Notes: generated by a model from the letters alone, not told the origin. DNA of 64,000 nucleotides from Alphaproteobacteria bacterium (GCA_031291435.1 JARLJC010000108.1:6852-70851), one strand, 5' to 3'. Positions 54,466 to 63,587 are shown, counted from the stretch's first letter. Numbers and translations are program-made.

Positions 54466-55421
54466 GTGCCGTCGCCGACCGTGACATCGACCGGCTGGCC
54501 CGGATGAATGAGTTCGGGCGAAGAATCCGGCGTCGCTTCGAGCATATAAAGAAGCCGTTCGCGGTTATTGCGGTTGTAAAGTTGCGGCGGGCTGTATTCG
54601 GCCTGCGGCGCTACATAGGTGACATGCGCGGGAATAAGTTCGGCGCAGCCGTCGCAATGAATCTGCACCGCCGTACCCGCCGGAAGGCTGGCGAGATCGG
54701 GTTCCGGCACGAAGAAACGCGCCCTTATATTGAGTGCGGGCAGCAGGGATACGACGGCCTGTCCGGCGGCGATGAATTCGCCGGGGCGATAGAGTGTGTC
54801 GAATACAAAGGCGTCGCCGGGCGCCGCGGCGCTTTTCTGGTCGAGCCGCCATTGCGCCGAAGTTACGGTGGCCTGCGCGGCGGCGACATCGGCGGCGGCC
54901 GCCTTGATGGCGTCGTCGCGGCCGGTGCTGAGCAAACCGGTGGCGAGATCGGCTTCGGTTCCCGCGAGATGCGCCTGCGCCTGATCGAGTGCGGATTTGT
55001 CGTTATCGAGTGTGGCGCGGCTGATCGCCTCGGCCTTAAGCTGCTTCTGGTCGCGGTCAAAGGTAATTTTGGCGATTTCGAGGGCGGCGCGGGCCTGATC
55101 GCGCTGCGCCGTCAGCGTTTCTATTTCCGGCGCGCGCTTGCCTTTCAGAAGATCGGCCAATGTCGCTTCGGCATGTTCAGCCTGAGCTTTGGCCTGATCG
55201 AGCGCCGCGGTTTCGTCGGCATGGTCGAGCGCGAACAGCGCCTCGCCTTTATGCACCTGCTGCCCCCGCGCGACATTCAGCGTTTCGAGATTGCCCGCGA
55301 TCTGCGGCGCCACCAGCACATATTCGCCTTCGCCATAACCCTGATAGGTGACGGGGCCCGGCTGGGCAAGCCCAACCATAACCAGAAACGACAGGAACGC
55401 TTGATGCAATACGTCCAACAT
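54462..55421 (-). CDS. HlyD-family secretion / membrane-fusion protein
   Basis: 319 aa with an N-terminal anchor, a coiled-coil and barrel domains. 4-nt overlap with the ABC ATPase gene. Confidence 0.85.
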   Translation of the reverse strand: MLDVLHQAFLSFLVMVGLAQPGPVTYQGYGEGEYVLVAPQIAGNLETLNVARGQQVHKGEALFALDHADETAALDQAKAQAEHAEATLADLLKGKRAPEIETLTAQRDQARAALEIAKITFDRDQKQLKAEAISRATLDNDKSALDQAQAHLAGTEADLATGLLSTGRDDAIKAAAADVAAAQATVTSAQWRLDQKSAAAPGDAFVFDTLYRPGEFIAAGQAVVSLLPALNIRARFFVPEPDLASLPAGTAVQIHCDGCAELIPAHVTYVAPQAEYSPPQLYNRNNRERLLYMLEATPDSSPELIHPGQPVDVTVGDGT

Positions 55422-55481
55422 GGGGGCAGATACAGGGGGCTGGAGAATAAAAGGAAAGGGTAGGGGGTTTGGCGGTGAAGA

Positions 55482-56507
55482 TCAATTCCCCGCGCGCTGG
55501 GGGGACGGGTTGACGATATTTTGCGGCCGATTTTCGAGGAAAGCCGAGATATTTTCCGCCGTGGTGCCGATGATTTTGTCCAGCGCTTCCTTGGTGTAAA
55601 ACGCGCTATGCGGCGTCACGATGACGTTTCTGTGATGCATCAGGGCATGGTCGATCAAGAGGGTTTGCAAATCGCGGTTTCCGGCCGAAGGCTGGCGCAA
55701 TAATTCGGTTTCTTCACGGATGGCCGGTTCTTCCGGCAGGACATCGAGCCCTGCTGCGCCGACCTTGCCACTCGCCAGAGCCTGCAAAAGAGCCTTCACA
55801 TCGATCGCCACGCCGCGCGCGGTGTTGATGATAACGACGCCCTGTTTCATTGCCGCGAATTCCTTGTCGGAAAGCAGGTGCCTTGTTTGCGGCGTGGCGG
55901 GCACATGCAGCGAGATGATATCGGATTCCGCCAGCAACCGGCTGAAATCGACATAGGCGAAGCCGATGGCCTCCGCCTCCGCCGGTTGCGGGCGCATGTC
56001 GAAGGCGATGACCTTCATGCCGAAACCTTTGGCGATTTGCGCGGCGCGGCGGCCGATATGGCCGGTGCCGATGATGCCGAAGGTCTTGCCATAGAGATCG
56101 AAGCCCTGCAGCCCGTGGAAATTGAAATTGCCGTCACGCGTGCGTTGCGCGGCTTCGGGAATATGGCGGCTCAGGGCCAGCAGTAACGCGAAAACATGCT
56201 CGGCCACCGTATGTTCGCCATAAGCGGGAACGTTGGCCACGGCGATGTTGTGCGCGTTGCAGTAATCGAGATCGATATGATCGAAACCGGTCGAACGGGT
56301 GGCGATCAGGCGGAGCTTCGGCAGTTTTTCGAGAATGGTGCGGTCGAGGCTCGACGAAATAAACGACGAGATAACTTCCGCGCCGGCATAGTCGGCTGCG
56401 TTGCCGGCGGTCAGCGGCGCCTGCACCAGAACGGCGCCGCCGCCGCCGAACAATTTCTGCAGGGGTTCGCGTTCCCATTCCTCGATTTCGAAAAGGACGA
56501 TTTTCAT
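55482..56507 (-). CDS. D-isomer-specific 2-hydroxyacid dehydrogenase family protein
   Basis: 341 aa. NAD fold GIIGTGHIGRRAAQIAKGFGMKVIAFD. Conserved R/E/H-type C-terminal region (VTPHSAFYT). Confidence 0.85.
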   Translation of the reverse strand: MKIVLFEIEEWEREPLQKLFGGGGAVLVQAPLTAGNAADYAGAEVISSFISSSLDRTILEKLPKLRLIATRSTGFDHIDLDYCNAHNIAVANVPAYGEHTVAEHVFALLLALSRHIPEAAQRTRDGNFNFHGLQGFDLYGKTFGIIGTGHIGRRAAQIAKGFGMKVIAFDMRPQPAEAEAIGFAYVDFSRLLAESDIISLHVPATPQTRHLLSDKEFAAMKQGVVIINTARGVAIDVKALLQALASGKVGAAGLDVLPEEPAIREETELLRQPSAGNRDLQTLLIDHALMHHRNVIVTPHSAFYTKEALDKIIGTTAENISAFLENRPQNIVNPSPQRAGN

Positions 56508-56535
56508 TTTGCTTCAGCCAATCCGGGAGGGGCGC

Positions 56536-57108
56536 TCAAGGGGCTGCTTTCCATACCAGCATCAGCAGGGACAGGCCATAAAATACGAGATTAATGGAGA
56601 TCATACAGCCGAGATACAAAACATCGAGCGTGGGGAAGCCGATCCACAGGATAGCGGCCAGAGCGAGCGTGACGATGCCGGAAAAAAGCATCCAGCCCCA
56701 GCCGCGCGCGGGATGGAACTGGATGGCGAGCATCAGTTCCATGAAACCCTCGGCCGTCATGAAGATCGCCAGCAGCGTCACGAACGCCAGCAGAATGGGC
56801 AAGGGCTGCCACAGCATGATGACACCCATGACGATCGAGAGGCAGGCCGACGCAAGCGACCACCAATGCATCTTCGCCCGCAGCGTAAGGATAAGCTGAA
56901 ACGCGCCCGTCAGCAGCAAGGCGGCGCCGACAATCAGTTCGACATTGAGGGCGGTGGCGGCGGGAAAGGCGCCCGCCAGAATGCCCGCAATAACGAAGAG
57001 GGTGCCCTGCAAGATATATTTGCCCCTATGGGCTTGCAATTCTTGGCGGATGCGCGCGCCCAGAGCTTCGAAACCCTCTGTCGTCATTCCGGTTTTTGTG
57101 AACGGCAT
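56536..57108 (-). CDS. hdeD: HdeD-family (DUF308) membrane protein
   Basis: 190 aa with six TM helices and the repeated GxxxxxxG pattern typical of HdeD (LQGTLFVIAGILAGAFP...). Confidence 0.7.
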   Translation of the reverse strand: MPFTKTGMTTEGFEALGARIRQELQAHRGKYILQGTLFVIAGILAGAFPAATALNVELIVGAALLLTGAFQLILTLRAKMHWWSLASACLSIVMGVIMLWQPLPILLAFVTLLAIFMTAEGFMELMLAIQFHPARGWGWMLFSGIVTLALAAILWIGFPTLDVLYLGCMISINLVFYGLSLLMLVWKAAP

Positions 57109-57165
57109 AGTATGTATCCTTCCGATGCATTAAACTTAATCTATGTTATAGACAGGTTAAATCAC

Positions 57166-57179
57166 TTGATCCTAGTCAA
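57166..57179. promoter_or_regulatory. FNR/FixK-like box (one mismatch) between hdeD and the VIT1 gene
   Basis: TTGATcctaGTCAA, centred about 64 nt upstream of the hdeD ATG. Confidence 0.35.
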
Positions 57180-57332
57180 GGAGCTGTTGTGGGCGCCTGA
57201 TTATAAGCGGTCAATAGCGTTAGGGACGGGGAATCTCATGCAAAAAACCTTATCCGCACCTGAGGGCGGCATCTATGCCATAATCCGTCGAAACCGCTGC
57301 TTTCCGTTTTGTCCTGTGTTTGAGAATAGATC

Positions 57333-58028
57333 ATGACCCGATTGAAGGCGCATGCCGAATCCCATCTGGTCAAGCGCGTCGGCTGGCTACGGGCCGCGGT
57401 TCTGGGTGCCAATGACGGCATTCTATCGACCGCCAGCATCGTCAGCGGCGTCGCGGCGGGCGGCATGCCGCGCAGCGCCATTCTGCTGGCAGGCCTTGCG
57501 GGGCTGATGGCGGGCGCGACTTCGATGGCGACCGGCGAATATGTCTCCGTCAGTTCGCAGGCGGATACGGAGCAAGCCGATCTGGCGCGCGAAAAGCGCG
57601 AGATCGCCCATAACAATCAATTCGAACATGAGGAGCTGGCGCAGATTTACGTTTCGAGAGGGCTCGATCCCGCTCTCGCAAAAGAAGTGGCCAATCAGCT
57701 TATGGCGCATGACGCCCTCGGCGCGCATGCCCGCGACGAACTGGGCATATCCGAAATAACCGCGGCAAGGCCGGTGCAGGCCGCGCTGACATCGGCGGCC
57801 TGTTTCACCTGCGGCGCGCTGCTGCCCTTGCTGGTTGTGTTTTTCGTGCCCCCCGCCGCCATTCTTTGGGCCGTCATTACAGGGTCGCTGGCGGCTCTGG
57901 CCATCCTCGGTGCTTTGGGGGCCGGAATGGGCGGGGTCAAAATGCTTCGGCCCGCTTTGCGCGTGCTGTTGTGGGGCGCTTTGTCGCTGGGGCTTACGAC
58001 CCTTGTGGGCATTTTCTTCAAAGTCTGA
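57333..58028 (+). CDS. VIT1/CCC1-family iron/manganese transporter
   Basis: 231 aa. LRAAVLGANDGILSTASIVSGVA, a metal-binding acidic loop (GEYVSVSSQADTEQAD...E) and C-terminal TMs. Confidence 0.85.
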   Translation: MTRLKAHAESHLVKRVGWLRAAVLGANDGILSTASIVSGVAAGGMPRSAILLAGLAGLMAGATSMATGEYVSVSSQADTEQADLAREKREIAHNNQFEHEELAQIYVSRGLDPALAKEVANQLMAHDALGAHARDELGISEITAARPVQAALTSAACFTCGALLPLLVVFFVPPAAILWAVITGSLAALAILGALGAGMGGVKMLRPALRVLLWGALSLGLTTLVGIFFKV

Positions 58029-58030
58029 TT

Positions 58031-58648
58031 TCAGGCGGCAGGCGGGGAAGGCGGGGTTTCCGGGGATTCTTTTTGATTATCCTTGCGATATTCCTTCAGC
58101 CTGGCGCGAAAGCCTTCGGCGTCGCCATATTCCAGAAATTTGAAATAACGTTCATGCGGGTCGCGGATGCGCAAGGCATGCTTGATCGGGCACCAATGCT
58201 GCTCGGTGCGGCTGGCGATCTCGCGCACATAGGCGATAAGGCCGTTGGCGTAACCGCAGAAAACGCAATTCACCGCCTCGATGGCGTTAAGATAGGAAAG
58301 GTGCTGCCGGTCGATAACGATATAATCGCCGCGCCGGACGCGGGCGATACCATAGGCGCGAAAACAGATATGCTGGTAAAAAGTGACCCAGATATCGGTG
58401 ATGACCAGCGGCACGAGCAAGGAATAGATAACCGGCGAGGTGAGAATATTGAGAAGGCCGGATTCGCGGAAAAACTGGATCAGCCCCATGCGGAAACGAC
58501 GGTGCCTGGCGACGACGTCCTGCTCGAACGCCGCCACTTTTCCTTTCACCTCGAGGCCATAAAGAGCGCGGCCTTTTTCGAGTTCCAGCTCCAGCTTCTC
58601 CTCCATCGCGTGGATGTTGGCGAGGATCGCGGCGATCTGTTCATTCAT
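58031..58648 (-). CDS. Conserved hypothetical membrane-associated protein with Cys/His motifs
   Basis: 205 aa. N-terminal coiled coil, one hydrophobic helix (LLNILTSPVIYSLLVPLVITDIWVTFY), then NCVFCGY...HWCPIKH. I recognise no family. Confidence 0.55.
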   Translation of the reverse strand: MNEQIAAILANIHAMEEKLELELEKGRALYGLEVKGKVAAFEQDVVARHRRFRMGLIQFFRESGLLNILTSPVIYSLLVPLVITDIWVTFYQHICFRAYGIARVRRGDYIVIDRQHLSYLNAIEAVNCVFCGYANGLIAYVREIASRTEQHWCPIKHALRIRDPHERYFKFLEYGDAEGFRARLKEYRKDNQKESPETPPSPPAA

Positions 58649-58838
58649 GGACGAGGGCTTTCAAACCGGAGGAACCACCATGCTAGACCATAGGTTCACG
58701 GAATCACTTATTTATTCGCGCTGCTTTGCAGGAAAACGGTCAATCCGGCATGGACGGCGTTGATGGCGGTGCCGTCCGAGCCGATGACGATATCGAGCGT
58801 GAGCAGCTGCGCCAGCGACTACCGCGGCGCAGGCCGCC

Positions 58839-59372
58839 TCACGCCGCCATATGAGCCTCGTTCAGCGTATCGTATAGATGCGGCAATAAATCGTGGCCGC
58901 TGTAATGCGTCAGGTCTTTCGGCAGGACAGCGGTCACGCAATGCTGAACGGCGGCGGGCAATTGCTCCCTTAACTCGCCGATCATCTTGGCCGGAGCCAC
59001 CAGCACAAGCCTGTCGAAAAGTTTTTCCTCGCGGGCCCGTGCCAGCTTGACGGCAATCGCCTTGGTAAAATGCCGTTTGAGTTCTTCCCTGATGTCGCCA
59101 TGCGGCTCGTAGCCTTGATGGGCCGGGCTGTTGGCGTTCGCTGAGGTATGCCCCAACTGATGATCGTTGATGGATTCCGCGCGCAGCGCGCCATTCGGCA
59201 CCGGCGCCAGCTCATACGCCCATTTCTCGTCATAAAGGCCTTGCCTGGTGGCGTTCCCTAACGGGACTATTTTGGCGGCTTTGCGGCATTCATAGACCTG
59301 CGCCTGCTTACCGTCGGCGACGACGACCCATATCGTTACAGGTTGCGGGGATTCTGTGGTGCGTTCATGCAT
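58839..59372 (-). CDS. Host-attachment-protein family protein
   Basis: 177 aa. TIWVVVADGKQAQVYE ... HFTKAIAVKLARAREEKLFDRLVLVAPAKMIGELR matches the family pattern as I recall it. Confidence 0.65.
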   Translation of the reverse strand: MHERTTESPQPVTIWVVVADGKQAQVYECRKAAKIVPLGNATRQGLYDEKWAYELAPVPNGALRAESINDHQLGHTSANANSPAHQGYEPHGDIREELKRHFTKAIAVKLARAREEKLFDRLVLVAPAKMIGELREQLPAAVQHCVTAVLPKDLTHYSGHDLLPHLYDTLNEAHMAA

Positions 59373-59430
59373 GGCTATCTCTCCTAATGAAATCGATAGC
59401 GAATTCTAGGACGGCATTGGTCCCCGGGCT

Positions 59431-59444
59431 TTGACCAAGATCAA
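59431..59444. promoter_or_regulatory. FNR/FixK-type box upstream of the host-attachment-family gene (one mismatch)
   Basis: TTGACcaagATCAA, centred about 65 nt upstream of the ATG at 59372. Confidence 0.5.
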
Positions 59445-59706
59445 GCTTCCGGGGGATTCCAGGGCTGCTTGATTATGCGGACGCCGTGCGGGGAACGGGC
59501 CCGCGTCCGGCTGACCGCCAACCGGGCCCTGATTGCTGTTGCTGTGAAACAGGTGACTGCGAGCCCGGCGGAAGATATGATCGCCCCACTCTTTTGCTTC
59601 CAACATATGGTTAAATCGCTAGTACCGACGGGCGGGGCGGCCCTTGCTTGAACTCTTCCAGTTTGCATCTCTGAAACGGCTATTTACGCGACCACCCGCT
59701 GTGATG

Positions 59707-60216
59707 CTAGCGCCGGTTTTCCTTGCCAAGCATGCTTTGCGCGAATTTTTGGCGATCTTCCGGCGACATCGCGCTGATCTTGTCGGCGGCTCTCGTCTGG
59801 GCCTCCTTCTTGACCGTATTCATCACTTGGTCAATGTCGGAAAAATGTTTCAGCACATCATCCTTGCTGATGGGCCCGGTCTCCAGTTGCGTGGCGAAGT
59901 CCTTGCGCAACCCCTCGATCTTGGCGAAATCTTCGCGCATACGCAGTTCGTCGGCGCGCACTTCATCTGGCGTGAACAAATCGCCAGGGCCAAAGAGGGG
60001 CGACGGAGGCGGCATGAAGTCGCCTGACTCTCCGAAAGGCGGCGGTCCGGCATGCATGCCGGGGAGAAACATCATGGCATGACCGCCGAAGCCAGGCGGC
60101 GGCATAAAGCCCGGCGTGCTGAAGCGCCCCAAGGTAAAAGCGACTAGAAATATATTGGCGGCCACCGAAACAAACAGAGCGGCGCCGCCTTTCTTGCCCG
60201 AACAGTTATCGGTCAT
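59707..60216 (-). CDS. Periplasmic Spy/CpxP/ZraP-like (heavy-metal-sensor family) protein
   Basis: I prefer the ATG at 60216, in an ATGA overlap with the anti-sigma stop. TM anchor, Pro/Gly/Met-rich linker, and a helical LTPDQ-like region (LFTPDEVRADELRMRED...MSPEDRQKFAQ). Confidence 0.6.
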   Translation of the reverse strand: MTDNCSGKKGGAALFVSVAANIFLVAFTLGRFSTPGFMPPPGFGGHAMMFLPGMHAGPPPFGESGDFMPPPSPLFGPGDLFTPDEVRADELRMREDFAKIEGLRKDFATQLETGPISKDDVLKHFSDIDQVMNTVKKEAQTRAADKISAMSPEDRQKFAQSMLGKENRR

Positions 60217-60524
60217 AAACTTACCTCTTGCCATGTTTTAGGGCCAAAAATAATTTTATTCAAATAAGACTTACCGGACAAAAAACTTTGTTGCGACGAA
60301 AGAGTACTCACGGGCTTTGACAATGAGGCGTTGCCAAACCAGAAGCCAAGCACGGCAACGGCAGCAAGCGCGGTGGCATAGGAGCCCCATGACCGTGAGT
60401 CAATTTGCTCGGTTTGCTGCGGCGTTGCGGCAGCCCTGGCGACAATGCGGTCGAGCAGCGCAGAATCGGCGTCGGCGACCTTATAGCTGTCGAGCCAGTC
60501 TTTCAGTTTACGTTCCTGTTCCAT
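60213..60524 (-). CDS. Anti-sigma factor (single-pass)
   Basis: 103 aa. The N-terminal helix LKDWLDSYKVADADSALLDRIV and one TM (YATALAAVAVLGFWFG). It overlaps the ECF sigma gene by 17 nt. Confidence 0.6.
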   Translation of the reverse strand: MEQERKLKDWLDSYKVADADSALLDRIVARAAATPQQTEQIDSRSWGSYATALAAVAVLGFWFGNASLSKPVSTLSSQQSFLSGKSYLNKIIFGPKTWQEVSL

Positions 60525-61122
60525 TTTTCATCCCTCCTGGATTTTCTATCTCTCCTAGATAGATCTTTAAATTCTGCTTGGCGCGAAACAGAAGCTGCTG
60601 AAACGCGCCAAGCGCCACTCCCATAGAATCCGATGCCCCCTGATTGCTCATCTCCTCATAGTAACTCAAAATGATGGCAGCCCGTTGACGGTCGGGTAAC
60701 TGTAACAATCCCTGTTTGACCGCTTCGGAACGCTGGAAGTCGATCAGCCTTTCCTCCGCCATCGGCTGCGTATCTGGAATTTCATCCAGTTCTTCGCTCA
60801 TCAAAGGAGCCGCGCGGCGTTTACGGTCGAGGCAGGCATTCAATATGACCCGGTAGAGCCAGGTCGTAAATTTTGCCCTTGGTTGCCAGCGAGGCGCTTC
60901 CTTCCAGATTTTTAGGCACACCTCTTGCATGACATCTTCCGCATCCTGCCGGTTGCCGAGCATCCGCTCGGCAACCTTCACGCCCCTCGTCAGGTGCCTA
61001 TCGACAAGCTTGCGATAGGCGCGCATGTCCCCTTGCGCGACACGCTGCAATAGCTCGTAGTCGGAATCACAAGTTTCCAAGGCGATGGGGCTTTCATATT
61101 CTACATAAACTTCAACGCTCAT
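60508..61122 (-). CDS. ECF-type RNA polymerase sigma-70 factor
   Basis: 204 aa. Region 2: AEDVMQEVCLKIWKEAPRW...FTTWLYRVILNACLD. Region 4: LPDRQRAAIILSYYEEMSNQGASDSMGVALGAFQQLLFRAKQNL. Confidence 0.88.
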   Translation of the reverse strand: MSVEVYVEYESPIALETCDSDYELLQRVAQGDMRAYRKLVDRHLTRGVKVAERMLGNRQDAEDVMQEVCLKIWKEAPRWQPRAKFTTWLYRVILNACLDRKRRAAPLMSEELDEIPDTQPMAEERLIDFQRSEAVKQGLLQLPDRQRAAIILSYYEEMSNQGASDSMGVALGAFQQLLFRAKQNLKIYLGEIENPGGMKNGTGT

Positions 61123-61291
61123 ATCGCCAAATCCTTACGGTTCACCCGGCAGAATCTTCCTTCCGGCATAGGCAAAATATGCCGCAAAATTATCGCGTAA
61201 GTTTTGGAAATTCAAGACGTTATAGAGTTAAGGCGCGTGAAGAGGCGGGATGCAAACAACCTCACCACAAACCCCCAAAGGAGTTTTTCCC

Positions 61292-62395
61292 ATGACATCC
61301 GTTTCCAGCAGCACCAGCCTGTCATCGCAGCAAATCGCGGCGATGCTTCAGCGTCTTTCCGCCGAACGCATGGCAGCCAATGCCAAAAACAACGGCGAAA
61401 CGGCATCTTCGACCTCGACGGGCACAACGTCAACCGATACATCGACAACCTCGGCCGCGACGGGTTTAACCGATGGATCGCCGCAGTTAGGCCAGTCGCT
61501 GATGGCGTATTTGTTTAATCTGCAAGGAGTGACCAATACGTCTTCGACCGGCACGACATCGTCCGATTCCGGCTCAGGCACATCGGCCAGTTCGACGATT
61601 GACCAAATATTTAACCAGATCAGCGGCGGCAGCAGTTCGATCAGCGAGTCGCAGTTCGCGTCGGCGGAAAGCTCTTCCGGTCTTTCCACCAGCCAAAGCG
61701 ATGCGCTGTTCAGCTCTATCGCCGGAAGCGACGGCAGCATCAGCGAAAGCGAGTTTGCATCGGCACTCCAAAATGCCGCGCCGCCGCCCCCACCGCCCCC
61801 GCCGCAGGCTTCTGCCTCGTCCACTTCCTCGACTTCGACCGACAGTACATCAAGCAGCGATAATTCGTCCGCGATTCAGGCGCTGTTGAAGCAGATCGAA
61901 CAGGATGTGCAAACGCTGGTGAGTGACCTTAATGGCGGTAATTCGTCCTCGACGAGTTCCGGTACCTCAAGCACCTCGGATGCCACCGGCTCCACAACCG
62001 GAGCGACGTCGAACTCGGACTTTGCTTCCAACCTCTTCAAAAAAATCGATAGTGATGGCGACGGCACCATTACCAAAGCGGAATGGGAAGCCTCCAAACC
62101 GCCGGGCATGTCAACGACGCAGGCGGACGCGCTGTTCAGCAAAATCGACACGACGGGAAGCGGCAGCATTACAGAAAGCCAGATGCAGACGGCCTTCAAT
62201 GACGGCACCCTTGGAACGCCGCCATCGGGTCAAGCCAACGGCTCGACCGCAAGCTCGACGACTGCTAGTGCGGCCTCCGGCACCGACGCCATCACGACCG
62301 ATATGGCCGCGCTTCTTCAGGCCATTGACTCTTACCTTTCTTCCTCGGCAAGCAGCAATAATTTGAACGCGAGCGGCCTTTCTTCCCTGGCCTGA
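61292..62395 (+). CDS. Ser/Thr-rich acidic protein with two EF-hand pairs and a poly-Pro tract
   Basis: I prefer the ATG at 61292, after AAAGGAG. Canonical loops DSDGDGTITKAE and DTTGSGSITESQ. Degenerate loops SGGSSSISESQ and GSDGSISESE. PPPPPPPP. No signal peptide. Confidence 0.7.
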   Translation: MTSVSSSTSLSSQQIAAMLQRLSAERMAANAKNNGETASSTSTGTTSTDTSTTSAATGLTDGSPQLGQSLMAYLFNLQGVTNTSSTGTTSSDSGSGTSASSTIDQIFNQISGGSSSISESQFASAESSSGLSTSQSDALFSSIAGSDGSISESEFASALQNAAPPPPPPPPQASASSTSSTSTDSTSSSDNSSAIQALLKQIEQDVQTLVSDLNGGNSSSTSSGTSSTSDATGSTTGATSNSDFASNLFKKIDSDGDGTITKAEWEASKPPGMSTTQADALFSKIDTTGSGSITESQMQTAFNDGTLGTPPSGQANGSTASSTTASAASGTDAITTDMAALLQAIDSYLSSSASSNNLNASGLSSLA

Positions 62396-62407
62396 TCATT
62401 CATAACC

Positions 62408-62436
62408 CCGGATGGAATCCTGCGGATTCCATCCGG
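62408..62436 (+). terminator. Perfect 13-bp stem / 3-nt loop hairpin after the EF-hand gene
   Basis: ccggatggaatcc-tgc-ggattccatccgg starts 13 nt after the stop. A T-run (tattttt) follows about 15 nt later. Confidence 0.55.
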
Positions 62437-62466
62437 GAATGACTGTCGATTATTTTTAGTGAGATT

Positions 62467-63120
62467 ATGATGGACAATTATCCTGTCGTTTTGACTCAAA
62501 CCAAGATCGAACACCTGTTTGCGACGCCTCTTATTATTTCCGAGTTGCCTGCCGACATCGCAGCTGAAATCAATCCCAGGCTTAAAGAGTTAATTCTCGC
62601 CAGGGAAAAAGAGACGCCGAGCCAGAAGGCCAGCAACAATGGCGGCTGGCAGTCGGACGACAAGATTACCGCATGGGGCGGCGACGAAACCGGCACCGTA
62701 GTTTCCGCGATATGCCAGATGCTCGACCAGATCACCGTTCATTTTAACCGCACCGGCACTTATCGGGGAGGCGTCGCATGGAAAATCAATGGCTGGGCGA
62801 ACATCAATCGCAAAAACAACTCTAATGTCGCCCATATCCATCCCGGCTCTTTCTGGAGCGCGGTTTATTATGTGGCAACTGACGATGACGAAAAAAGCGG
62901 CGGCGTGTTTCAAGCCTTCGATCCGCGCGCTGGTCTACCTTTGATGTATTGCCCTGTACTGCGCATTGGCCTCGCAGGCTATATGACGGCGGGCAATAGC
63001 GAAATCCACCGTCCGCGCGAGGGGCAATGCCTCATCTTCCCCTCGTGGCTCTCTCATGCCGTCACCCCCTATACCGGGGAAGGGACGCGTATTTCTCTCG
63101 CTTTCAATTTCTCGGTTTAA
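62467..63120 (+). CDS. TIGR02466-like putative 2OG-Fe(II) oxygenase
   Basis: 217 aa. LFATPLIISELP N-terminus, NGGWQS, NVAHIHPGSFWSAVYYV and FPSWLSHAV motifs. Confidence 0.7.
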   Translation: MMDNYPVVLTQTKIEHLFATPLIISELPADIAAEINPRLKELILAREKETPSQKASNNGGWQSDDKITAWGGDETGTVVSAICQMLDQITVHFNRTGTYRGGVAWKINGWANINRKNNSNVAHIHPGSFWSAVYYVATDDDEKSGGVFQAFDPRAGLPLMYCPVLRIGLAGYMTAGNSEIHRPREGQCLIFPSWLSHAVTPYTGEGTRISLAFNFSV

Positions 63121-63227
63121 AAAGCGTGCCTGGCGACCTCTAAGTCGATATATATTTGAAGGTGGCGTAAGTAATGTTTCGTCTGGCCGTTTAACCGTGT
63201 GTACCGTTTTTTCAGGGAGTGTCCTCT

Positions 63228-63587
63228 ATGTCTTCCATCAGCGATGTATCATCCGCCTCGTCCGGTTATTTCACGCAACAAACCGGGCAAAAACAAACTG
63301 ACGGTTCGGCTTCGGGTGGGGCATCGGCCAGCGGCAGTACGTCCACAAGCAGCGCCTCAACTTCCGCCGGTTCTTCCGCCAGCTCTTCGGGTAGTTCGAG
63401 CAGCTCCTCGACAGCCATTAAAACCGACATCACTAAAACCAACAGCGACGGATCGGTAACTACCACCATCACTTATGAGGATGGTACTGTAAAAACCACC
63501 ACGACCGCGCCTAATCCTAAGCTGGCGAGCGACAGTTCTCACAAGAAGTCCGATACACAAGCGGGCGAGATCGATCAATTAGCTTAG
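63228..63587 (+). CDS. Small Ser-rich protein
   Basis: ATG at 63228, 8 nt after AGGGAG. Product MSSISDVSSASSGYF...SSSGSSSSSS...DGSVTTTITYEDGTVKTTTT. Its N-terminus resembles that of the 61292 protein. Confidence 0.55.
   Translation: MSSISDVSSASSGYFTQQTGQKQTDGSASGGASASGSTSTSSASTSAGSSASSSGSSSSSSTAIKTDITKTNSDGSVTTTITYEDGTVKTTTTAPNPKLASDSSHKKSDTQAGEIDQLA

Noticed and set aside
57180-57332. Possible Mn riboswitch or Irr/ICE box (tgtttgagaatagatca) upstream of the VIT1 gene
   Set aside because: Only a half-site resemblance to TTTAGAA-N3-TTCTAAA is present. I could not trace the conserved helices of a yybP-ykoY element. The protein also lacks the ferritin-like domain of MbfA.
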